A stretch of 64,000 nt of DNA from the NCBI RefSeq assembly GCF_009914755.1, contig NC_060938.1; one strand, 5' to 3'. The notes below the pieces were generated by a model. It saw nothing but the letters and a program-made list of their open reading frames with translations. It ran no database searches and had not been told where the DNA came from. The first letter of the stretch is position 1, and each line of letters starts with the position of its first letter. A program made the translations under genes and the position numbers. Origin of the DNA: the human T2T-CHM13v2.0 reference genome, Homo sapiens. Shown here piece after piece: positions 36,308 through 47,969 of this stretch.

Positions 36308-38608
36308 TTAAATTACATCGATCTCATTATAATACTATTCTATTCATATTATTTAATTGGTAATATATGTTGAAGTTTCTGGAGATTATTGTTTTTCTAT
36401 TAACATGATAAATTATAGTAAACTATTTCCTAATAGTCATCCATTCTTGCTTACTAACATGAACACTACTTGATTATGAAGTATGATTTTAATGGGATTG
36501 CAACTTTTAATTGTAAAGTACAGCTATAGAATATTTGCAGTAATATTTATTAGTGGAATAGGCCTGTATTTTATTGTGTGTAGTGTATATGAGAGGGACA
36601 AAGGGAAAGGGATGGGAAGAGAACACATATGTTCAGCTTTGGTCAAGTTTAGTATAAATACAATATTTATTCATAAATATATTTGGAAGTATTTTTATTT
36701 TCTGTACATGGGAACATTTAAAGTTATAGATTTCTCCTCTCCCTCTCACTGTCACTCTCGCTCTGTTTGTGTGTGCACGCGCATGTGCGTGCATGCATCA
36801 TTTAGCCCTGCTGACTGATACGCCTGGTTATTTATGATCAAAAGCCAGATATTGACCTAAGAGAAAAAGTCTTTAGATGGGATCTTCCTCCAAAGAAATT
36901 GTAGTTTTCTTCTGGCTTAGAGGTAGATCATCTTGGTCCAATCAGACTGAAATGCCTTGAGGCTAGATTTCAGTCTTTGTGGCAGCTGGTGAATTTCTAG
37001 TTTGCCTTTTCAGGTAGGGATTAGCTTTTTAGGGGTCCCAATGCCTAGGGAGATTTCTAGGTCCTCTGTTCCTTGCTGACCTCCAATTTTGTCTATTCTT
37101 TTGCTGAGAGGTCTGCTTAACTTCCTTTTAGTCAGGTAGCTCCATTTTATGCTAAGCTTCTTAGTTGCTCACCTTCTGCAGCTAAATAATCAGAAAATGC
37201 TGTGAAGGAAAAACAAAATGAAATTGCATTGTTTCTACCGGCCCTTTATCAAGCCCTGGCCACCATGATAGTCATGAATTCCAATTGTTGTCTATGCAGG
37301 CCTACCAGATTTCTAACATCTCTGAGCTACCGTTTTCTTCTTAGCTATCTGCTCAGCAAATGTATCCAAATGAAAGGCTGTGGAGAATGTTGAAATCACT
37401 TCAATGTGTTTCTCTTCTTTCTGGGAGCTTACACACTCAAGTTCTGGATGCTTTGATTGCTATCAGAAGCCTTTAAATAGCTACTTATTTTTAATTAATT
37501 TTACCCAGCTTTCATAATTGTTCTTGCCAGGTGGGATGGCCTGATACAAATTAACTTGTCATAGCTAGAATTAGAAGAGGAAAACTTTAAATAGCATTGA
37601 GTTATCAGTACTTTCATGTCTTGATACATTTCTTCTTGAAAATGTTCATGCTTGCTGATTTGTCTGTTTGTTGAGAGGAGAATGTTCAGAATTTTATATC
37701 TTCAACATCTTTTTCTTCATTAATAAGATACTGAGATTTTATAACTCTTGTCATTTTGGTCACTTATATTTTCATATGGAAATATCGTATAATCCAGGGT
37801 TTCCAATATATTTGTGTAAAATTAAGAAAATTATCTTATCTAATAACTTGATCAATATCTGTGATTATATTTTCATTGCCTTCCAATTTTAATATTTGTT
37901 CTCTATTCCTTCTTAATCTGGATTGAAGTTCTGATTAATTATTTTAATGTTGCAAATTGTTTTCACTTTTTCCATAAAATGAGTTCTAGAGTTTATTTCT
38001 TTACTGCATCATTCTATTTTCAAGTCATGAACTTCTGCTTCAACTAAAAAAAAAAAACTCACCGTTTGTATGAAATTGTTGTGTTCATATTTTATTTTTT
38101 ATTTACTGTATAATTCAGTATTGAATATATATTATAAAATATGTAATAAAAGGATAAAAAATAAGATACAAAAAGTAAGGGGTGTGAGTTTGGAAAATTA
38201 TACTTGCTGATATGGTGAAATAACTCTGACCAAACTAACCTTCCAGCAATAAAAACAAATTTGGAAAACTGGAAAAAATATACATGGCAACATGTTAGGT
38301 CATCTTTGTCTGCCTTCAAACAACTATAAATATTGTTCTACCCAAACAACTATAAATTTTGTAATACCTAGAACAATATAAATATTGTTCTACATTGTAA
38401 ATTGTTCTACAATTTACAATGGTGTAAACTGTTATACACCATTTATTTGAGTAAATTTTGAAAATATCTATTCTTCATTTCTGCTGTTTCTCGTGTGGTA
38501 TATATTTCTCAGATAAAAGATATTTTCCCTTTTATCTTTCCCTAAGCTCACACTACATATATTGCATTTATCTTATATCTGCTTTAAAACCTATTTATGT
38601 CTTTTTAG

Positions 38609-38887
38609 GTCACTTACATCAGAGGAGTTGTATTGGTGCAGGAAGGGGAGTTTGATTTAATGAAACAATGCATTAAAAATTTGTATTCACTTTGTGATTC
38701 AATGATAGTCAATGTGGCATGTAATTTTTTTCTGTCTTTTAATATTATATTGTCTTTGTTGCTTTTCTCTAACATGAAATATATGTTACACAGGCACAGT
38801 GCTGGTATCTTTTCTATTATTATCTTTGAATGGGACTCATTATTTTCTGAGCTATTTATTAAAATGGTGAAGGAAAAGATCAGTAAA
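38609..38887 (+). pseudogene. Candidate exons R-2 (38609-38720) and R-3 (38794-38887)
   Basis: R-2: tgtctttttag|VTYIRGVVLVQEGEFDLMKQCIKNLYSLCDSMIVNVA|gtaatt. A 73-nt intron follows. R-3: ttacacag|HSAGIFSIIIFEWDSLFSELFIKMVKEKISK|gtaaat. Both are open, but there is a one-base phase mismatch between them. Confidence 0.4.
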
Positions 38888-38950
38888 GTAAATTATGTCA
38901 ATAGGCAGTATCAATTTAGGTCTATTTTCCATGAATATTTTCTCAGCAAC

Positions 38951-39719
38951 TGTGGTGTTATGATATATATTGGTTTTCATCCACAGTTCCTGGCTTATAA
39001 CTCCCCTAGCACTTGTTACAGTCTTTTGTTATAATATTGGGTGTATTAGGCCTCAGGAGCAGGCCTCTCACCTTCTCATGGCCTTTTTTCATTTTTATGT
39101 TCCTGCCTTTCTGGTTGTGGGTCTTAAGACCATCTCAAGAGAGAGTCCCACCCTATACCCTGGAGGGAGGAATGCTGATATCATGAAACTTCCATAAAAA
39201 TCCAGGAGGACAGTGTTCAGTGAGCTTCTGGGTAGTTGAACACATGGATGTTCCTGTAGGGTGGCCCACCCAGGGATGGCATGGAAGCTCTGCTCCCTTC
39301 CCCTATGAATTGCTCTAAGTGTCCTTCATCTATATCCTTTGCAATGTCCTTTATAAAACACCAGGAAATGTAAGTGTTTCCCTGAGTTCTGTGAGCCACT
39401 CCAACAAATTAATCAAACACAAAGAGGGGGTCCTGAGAAGCCAACTCGAAGCCAGCAGGTCAGAAGTTCAGAGGCCTGGACTTCTGGCTGGTAGTTTGAG
39501 GGTGGGCAGTCTTGGGGACTGACATGTGAGACCTGACACTATCTCCAGGTAGATAGTGTAGTGTCAGAACTGAATTAGAGGACACTCAGCTGGTGTCCAC
39601 TCCTTGGTGTATGTATGGAGGAAAAAACCCACACATTTGGTCACAGAAGTCTTTTCTGTTGCTGATTGATCTTTGTGGCGTGAGACTAGAGGAAAAACAG
39701 AGAGAGTTTTCTCTACACA
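38951..39719 (+). mobile_element. MER21-family solo LTR
   Basis: TG...CA ends with a perfect 5-bp TSD GCAAC. Contains GGCATGGAAGCTCTG, GTTTCCCTGAGTTCTGTGAGCC and CCCACACATTTGGTCACAGAAG. Confidence 0.85.
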
Positions 39720-40291
39720 GCAACTATATAATCTGTGGGAATATCTCCTTTTACACCTAGCCCTACATCTGTCTGGCTACAGTCATTTATCTGGCTTTGG
39801 GAAATGTGACCACAGAATCAGATATATACATGAGATTAAATAATACATGTGTATGCCATTTAAATATCTAGAAAAGTTATGACTTCACCAGGTATGAAAA
39901 ATATAAAAAGAACTCTGTCAAGAATCATACAGTAAATAGATTTTTGAATTTAATCTAGTACCTAAATAATCAGAGTAGGGAGGTTAGATATTAAAATCAG
40001 GCTAAAGATATAGGCAACATGGATCTAGAAAACATGGATTGCATGGCCATTTCACTTAGAGTTCATGGGCTTGGAATCTCTATTAACATAACTTTTACAA
40101 TGTTAGAATTTGTTCCCATATTAATGAGGGAAAAACAAACAATTACCCTGAGTATCTGAAGCTCCAGATCTCATTTTCCAGTCAAAATCTCTGATAGGTA
40201 AACAACCTGAAAAAGTAGCCACAACTCACTGAGGTGATAACCTCATTTGCTTAAGAGAATGTAATTGTTTTTATGATTTTTTTTATCCCAG

Positions 40292-40940
40292 GAAAACATT
40301 GAAAAAAAGTTTAGAGATGATGAAGTATATGAAAACTATAATATTTATACTTTAGAGATGTGATATTTATTTATAATTGTATTAGTATTTAAATATAGAT
40401 TAGCATTTTACATTCCAATTTTCAATGTGTAACAGAATATTTTAGATATTGGGGTTGTTTTTTAGTTGAAATAATAAGCGGTTTTACCGAGTTGCCAGTA
40501 GTGGTTTAACATTGAAGATAATTTAACATTCATGATTTTGTGAGTTTAATTTATTAGCTCTATAAGGGTTGTTTAAGTACTCTGAAGGCTTTATTTGTTA
40601 GTCCGATAATTAAAATGTTCATAAAGATAATTCAACATATTAAATTTGTAAATGTAGTTTAAAATCTTTAAGGGAGTTTAATTAACTAAGTTGTAAATGG
40701 ACCAAACATTAATCAAAGTCCCCCTTAAAAATAATTTTTAATGTACTAGATTTATAAATAGAACAACAAGATTTCTAATTTAAACTCAAAAATTTTTTAA
40801 ATTGGTTAACAATTTAACATAATATGCTGCACATTAATTCAGAATATGAAATCTTATATGTAGTCCTTTTTACATTCAAGAATCACATCGATAAACATCA
40901 CAAAATGACTACTGGTAACCACTATGAAACTCTTTAAGCG
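40292..40940 (+). pseudogene. Candidate exons R-4 (40292-40359) and R-5 (40881-40940)
   Basis: R-4: ttttttttatcccag|ENIEKKFRDDEVYENYNIYTLE|gtgata (phase 0 to 2). R-5: tttttacattcaag|ITSINITK*LLVTTMKLFK|gtaggt (phase 2 to 2). Confidence 0.35.
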
Positions 40941-41063
40941 GTAGGTCCTGTATGAATTTTACTCCTCATGATTTGAAGATTATGCATAAATTCCTTCTTC
41001 CTGTTATTTTGTTTCCAATTTAGTCTTTACATAGACAATTCAATTTAGTCTTTACATAGACAA

Positions 41064-41267
41064 AACTCCTATAACAAAAAAACTGAAAACAAAGAGGGTG
41101 CATTCCTTTGCTTGCTTTCTGAGGACACCCTACTCTAAAAGGCAGTAGCTTTCAATAAACTATGTCTTCTTCTCATTGTACTCTGTGACTCACCTTGAAT
41201 TCTTTCCTGTGTGAGGCCCAAAAACCATCTCTTGAAGTGTGGATCGGGACCTCTTTTTCCAGTAACA
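41064..41267 (+). mobile_element. 3' part of an ERV1 LTR (MER41-like terminus)
   Basis: CAATAAAC polyA signal...GAATTCTTTCCTG...GGATCGGGACCTCTTTTTCCAGTAACA. Confidence 0.65.
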
Positions 41268-41399
41268 CTAGTACTGTTATAATTAGGTAAATGTTACTCA
41301 CACCTGAAACATGGAGCATAAATGATTGAATTTCAAGTCTACACAACATTTTTTCCGTTAAACTGACAATTTTTTAAAATTTTTGTTTTTTTCATTTTT

Positions 41400-43720
41400 C
41401 TATGTATGTATCAAAGTACCAACTCCAAACTCTACTCCAGTTTTCTAATGAGTCTCATAATGCATTCAGAAGCATTAGACATTTTATCAGATTTATCTTT
41501 TTGAAAATTTTTTTCTAAATAACTCTAATTTACACAGGTTGCTGTGTACACATACTGTACATCTAATAATCAGGAGATTCCCTGTACTTTATACCCTACT
41601 CTTTCTTCATTTACTTCCTCATTTCAGTGAAACTCTTCTCCAGAAATTCCTGAGATAGGATGTATTGGATGTAGAGTTTTAGAATCTTGCCATGCTGTAA
41701 ATGCTTATTATTGTTTCCTCCTATCTGATTTAGTTTGGTTGGAGATACTATTCTGCATTAGAAATAATTTGTTTTGCAATTTATAAGGCTTTGCTTGTTT
41801 TCTAGTGACCATTTATATTTCTCTTCTCTGGAAATTTTAAGTCTCTTCTTTTTTTTTTTCCTGAGTGTGCTGGTGTGTGTGTGTGTGTGTGTGTGTGCGT
41901 TGGTCTAGGTCTATTTTCACCACTGGCTTGAATTCTCGTGGATACATTCAATCTGAAATTCATGCACTTTAACTCTTACCCATTTCAAAAAAGTATTTAC
42001 ATATATCATACTTCATTTTACTTTTTTCTTTTCCCAAATGCCTGTATTTTGTTGCTGGCCCTATAGGACCAATTATTTAATTCATTAAACTTTCCCTTTC
42101 TCATTCCCAACTCTGTTTACACTAACTTTTCTGCAGTTGCAGTCAGCTTTACCTTCCAAATCTCCCATTAAGTTATATATTTCTGCAATAAATTTCTTAA
42201 TTTTTAAGAATTCTATTTTTTTGAATATCCATTTTATATCACACCTTGTTCTTGTTGTATTATCTTATCTTCCCTCTCTGAGGAAATTAATAATTACTTT
42301 TTTCCCACACTGCATAGACTCTGTTTACTTTCAGTTGTTTTGTTTATTTTTTGTTTCTGTGTTTGTTATTGGCTGTACCTAGAATCTCATGATTGTTTGT
42401 TATCTGTTTGCGTTCAAGAGCAATACAATAAATGTTTACGGTAAGCTTCAGGTTCTTAGGTAATAATTGTCAACTGTGGCTTCCAGACAGGGCAATCAGG
42501 TCGAGAAGTTTTCCCAGAAAAGCTCCTCATGACATATCCACTGGTCTATTCCTTTGGGCTGATCATGATCTTCCAACTAGAGTCTTCCAGTCTTCTCTGA
42601 GGATATAAGACTAATAGACTGTTATGTTTTGAATCTAGATAGAGGTGAAAATTGGGGAGATCTAGCTTTCAGTAGTTACTGTTCGTTTTGCACCCCTAAT
42701 TTATGTATGACCATTGAAGATGATATTGCCAGTACTAAGATTCCTTGTTACCTCTCTAGACAGCAAATGTCTACTTTTCCACCAGCAGAACCTAGAGGCA
42801 TTCATGCGGCTTGATGGAGTGGACATTGGAAACAGTCTTTCAACCAATCTTCCTGGGTTTTAGCCCTACCTTTACTTCTACTTTCAGAGGTATCCCGTGC
42901 AACCAATTTATGAACATTTTGTAGAATCAGATTTCCCCGCTACTTACAATTTTACACTTTTTGGTAAGCTAAGTCAGTTACCAGCCATTTATGGACTTCC
43001 TGTTTTCAAAAATGTTGCTGTTTTCTTTTTATATCACTTGAATAAGCCATTTGTCATCATGTTATAGTTTCAGGTGGGAAAATAAGTCTCTCTATGTGTT
43101 TAATATGCCATATTTGCTCAGGTGCCTGCAACTACTCTCATCATTTTTTGAAGAAAGGCTAAATTGTAATGACACTAACAACTAGTCTTCAAAGTTTGGT
43201 TTATAATTTTTAATGGTGTTTATTTTTAACAAAATTGGTGGAGTTTTTTTTTCTTTGTATATTGATTTTTCTTTTGGTTTTCAGTTGTTTTAAGAAATAA
43301 ATGGAGGGAGAGATATGCTTCCTTTGCTCCCATTAACCAAAAGAATAGTTTGAAGAATGCAGGAATTAACTTTTCCATTAAGTTTAAGAGGGCCTGCTTG
43401 AGACACAGCTGGGCCTTGAGCTTTTAAAGGTGCTATAACTTTACACCGGTTTCATTTTTTTCTATTGTTGGTATCTTCAAATGATCTCATTTCTCTAGAT
43501 TTATTTTTATAGTTAAATTTTCCCTAAAAAATTAACCTCTTCATATATATTTCCAAATATAATGACCAAAAGGTACATATTACATTCTTTTGAAATTTTC
43601 AGTTATCCAGTTTTCCATTTTTCTTGTTATATTTTAATAGGCTCTCTCTTTTTTGTCATCTAATTTGTTTGTCCTTTCAAAGAAATAATTTTTTGGATTT
43701 ATTGAAAAATTCCATTGCTG
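41400..43720 (-). mobile_element. Ancient L1M fragments, with (TG)n at ~41874-41897
   Basis: T-rich antisense L1-like sequence, highly diverged. Confidence 0.45.
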
Positions 43721-43739
43721 TTGGGATGGGAGAAGATTA

Positions 43740-44089
<350 letters not shown>

Positions 44090-44123
44090 GAACTTTAAAT
44101 AATAGTATATTATAATTTTGCAG

Positions 44124-46565
44124 ATTATAAGATCAATAGATATTTATTGTAAAATGCACAAATAGTGCAACATTTCTTAAAGTAGACCGTGAAATACTTC
44201 ATGTTGCCATGTTTCTCCAAGAGGTACTATTGGGCCTTCATAAGAAGCAATTCTTCCTTATATAGGACTGTTTGTCTCAATGCACTGTTTGGCCCAATGC
44301 ATGCTGCATGTGATCTCTACCCTTTACTTGTAAGTGCTTGCCATGTCTCCATCATTGATACAACCAAAAATAACCTACATTTCCAGAATCACTCCAAAGG
44401 AATGGTCCTGAGAAAGAGTTGAAAATTCTGAACTCCTCAGATTAGATCTCTATTAAATAATTGAAGCAGTGTGCTAACTAATATTTGCAAAGCTGTTCAT
44501 TATACAAGTTTAAAAAAATGCAAAGATGGTAATGACTTGAATTTTCAATAGATATGTTTTATAAAAATACTGGTAAAAATTAACATTTTACAGTCATTTT
44601 AAATGACGGCAAGATATCCAATGTATTTTCAAATGAAATATCAGTTCACTACAAATCATAATTAGCATAATCTCATTTTTAAAAAAGTACACATATGTGT
44701 TTTATGAGTGAGAGTATTTGAATTCTAATTAAATTGTCGGTGGATTTCTAAGGAATAGAGGAAATGATGAGGCAAGTGGAATTGTAGAGAGAGGAAGATT
44801 TCAATTTACATTTAATTCACTCCTGGAGTGTTTGAGTTTTTGTAATAAAACATTATAAAATGTCATATCATTTACAGTATGATCACTTATAAACTTTCAT
44901 TTCAATTAAAAGGAAATTTTTAAAAGAGGACTACCAAATAACTACTGCAGCCATTGTAGTTTCATAAATGACTTTTTACTTCCTTCATGTTGTGTTAATG
45001 TGTGCCTGCTAGGTCAAGACCCAGATTTGACACCGTGTACAGTCAGTATATAAGTATCATAACAGAAGATTACCTATCTGGATACCCTAGCTTCTCCATT
45101 CCTGAGCAAGTTGGGAGGCCATGGGGTCCAACTCTCTCAATATGTACTAAGCAAACAGAGATACTTTTGCCAAAGGATATTCTTCTTGATGGTAAAAATA
45201 TTAGCTAACATTTGTTAGCTGACAAAAATGAAGTATATTAAATATGCTAAGGGAAACTGTGGTTCAAGTGATAGAGATTTTTAATTCTTTTTGAGATCAT
45301 GTAATTATACCCATGACAAGGTAAGTTTGATTCAGAATAATTTCTGCCAAAATAAAGGATGCTGTTGATGGCCTGCTTGTCCCCTGCCTATTGACTATTA
45401 TTCTCAAACTCAAGCAAAATTAATTTTTAAATAACAGGATAAGAAATATTAGTAAGCTCTGCCTTTTGTGGGTCAGGTTGAAAGTATGGAAGAAATTCAG
45501 AAAGGACATAGTCAGGAATAGATGAGAAAAGAAAAATATATATTATTTTGGCCATTGATATGGTTTGGCTCTGTGTCCCCACCCAAATCTCATCTTGAAT
45601 TGTAATCCCCACATATAAAGGAAGGAACCTGGTGGGAGGTGATTGGATCATGACAGCAGCTTCCCCCATGCTGTTCTCATGATAATGAGTTAAGTTCTCA
45701 AGAGATCTGATGGGTTTATAAGTGTTTGACAGTTCCTCCTTCACATGCTTACTTTCTCCCTTGCCTGCCACCATAGAAGATGTGTCTGCTTCTCCTCCCA
45801 CTATCATGGTAAGTTTCCTGAGGCCTCTCCAGCATGCAGAACTGTGAGTCAATTAAACCTTTTTTCCTTTATAAATTACCCAGTCTCAGGAAAGTCTTTT
45901 ATGACAGTGTGAAAGCGGACTAATACAGCCATGAGAAATGAATAACGGTTAAATGGTAGGAAGAAGAAAGAACATTCTTGGCCTAGAGAGTACAAAAGGA
46001 AAGCCATGGGGTTGGACCTAAAAAGAATACAAAGGAAGAGGAGAGAAGAGTACTAATTGTGCTCAGGAGCTGAATTGGGAAATTTTTTACAAAACCAAGA
46101 AATACCAAACTTAGTGAACTATTGTGGGACCAGTGAATAAAGAAATATTAAAGCGATGAAAAATAATTTAAGTAAATATGAGAAGAAAAATTAAGAATAT
46201 CTGTATATTTTTGATCAAAGGTTGTAATGATTAAAGTTACATTATAAATTATTCTATCTATGGAATTAATTATGGGTCAAAAAGAATACAAGTCAGACAA
46301 ACTATAAACTTCTCTAATTCTTTATTTTGGAACTTAAATAACTTATGTATCTAAGTTAATCAGACATTTTTACGTTATTTTTACAAAAGTACCTATGCAT
46401 TAATTTAGAAAGATTTTTATTGTCTGTTTTCTATAAAAATAAAGTGTAAGATTTTATTACTTCAGATAACATTTGCTACAAGTCAATCTATGTCTTCCAA
46501 GAAAATCTCTTGGTCAGGACTCATACTTCTCCACCATGTTTCAGATTTGATTTCTTTTCAGAGAG
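44124..46565 (+). pseudogene. Phase-compatible three-exon remnant: R-6 (44124-44223), R-7 (45013-45191), R-8 (46466-46565)
   Basis: Boundaries ttttgcag|..GAG|gtacta (1 to 2), cctgctag|..ATG|gtaaaa (2 to 1) and ttacttcag|..GAG|gtaaga (1 to 2). Spliced peptide [123 protein letters not shown]. Confidence 0.6.
45556..45927 (+). mobile_element. THE1D-type MaLR solo LTR
   Basis: TGATATGGTTTGGCTCTGTGTCCCCACCCAAATCTC...GGACTAATACA with a perfect TSD GCCAT. Confidence 0.95.
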
Positions 46566-47109
46566 GTAAGATTTGTTGCTGTGTCTCCTTAAATTGAAAT
46601 AGATGTAATTATTGTGGCTATAGTGAGAGTCGTCTTCAATATAGTAATTGTGTTCTGAAACAGTCATCTGAAAATGAAATATTTTCTCCTCTAACTGGAG
46701 TCTTTCATTTACAATTAACTTAAACTTTTAGTCTTTACACTGGAAACTCTTCTCTAAAGAAGATATGACTATTTTGTTCTCATAAAAGCTAGACTCTTGG
46801 AGAAGACAGAAAGTGCAATGGCAGGAAGATTAATGTGGATCCTAGAATCCAGAAAGTTGTCTAGAGACTATTTAAAACGGTTACTGCAAGAAAGCTCAAA
46901 AAGAGAGTAATCATTCAGAATAGGAAGAGATAGAAATCCTTAAACAATTAAAGTAACAATACCAGGTGTGTATAGTCAGAGGGAGAGATTTTGCCTATAT
47001 TATTCTGGGGAGAGAAATAAAATATTTCTGTATAACATCATAGAAATGTAAATGGAGATGTTAAACTTCTCTGATGGGTAGTTTGAGAAAAATTTTAAAA
47101 ATTGAAAAG

Positions 47110-47408
47110 TTTTTTTTTTTTTTTTTTGAGACGGAGTCTCGCTGTGTCATCCAGGCTGGAGTGCAGTGGCGCCATCTCGGCTCACTGCGAGCTCAGCCTC
47201 CTGGCTTCGTGCCATTCTCCTGCCTCAGCCTCTCTAGTAGCGGGACTACAGGCACCCGCCACCACGCCAGGCTATTTTTTTTTTATTTTTATTAGAGACG
47301 GGGTTTCACCTTGTTAGTCAGGATGGTCTCAATCTTCTGACCTCGTGATCCGCCTGCCTCCACCTTCCAAAGTGCTGGGAATACAGGCGCAAGCCACCGC
47401 GCAGGGCC
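47110..47408 (-). mobile_element. AluY
   Basis: Poly-T, GCCATTCTCCTGCCTCAGCC and CAGGATGGTCTC...GACCTCGTGATCCG. Confidence 0.9.
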
Positions 47409-47669
47409 AAGACTATTGTTTTAAAGTGTGAAAATTGATATTGAATTCTTGTGTTTATATAATAAGATGTCCTATAATTTCTGTTTGGAATATAAAATCA
47501 GCAACTAATATGTATTTTCAAAGCATTATAAATACAGAGTGCTAAGTTACTTCACTGTGAAATGTAGTCATATAAAGAACATAATAATTATACTGGATTA
47601 TTTTTAAATGGGCTGTCTAACATTATATTAAAAGGTTTCATCAGTAATTCATTATATCAAAATGCTCCA

Positions 47670-47969
47670 GGCCAGGCGTGGTGGCTTATGCCTGTAATCC
47701 CAGCACTTTGGGAGGTCGAAGTGGGCGGATCACTTGAGGTCAGGAGATGGAGACTAGCCTGGCCAACATGATGAAACCCCGTGTCTAATAATAAAAAAAA
47801 AAAAATTAGCTGGGTGTGGTGGTGGGCAACTGTAATCTCAGCTAATCAGGAGGCTGAGGCAGAAGAATTGCTTGAACGTGGAAGGCAGAGTTTACAGTGT
47901 GCCAAGATCACACCACCCTACTCCAACTTGGGTGACAGAGCAAGACGCAGTCTCAAGGAAAAAAAAAAA
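47670..47969 (+). mobile_element. AluS
   Basis: GGCCAGGCGTGGTGGC..., full dimer and poly-A. Confidence 0.95.
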
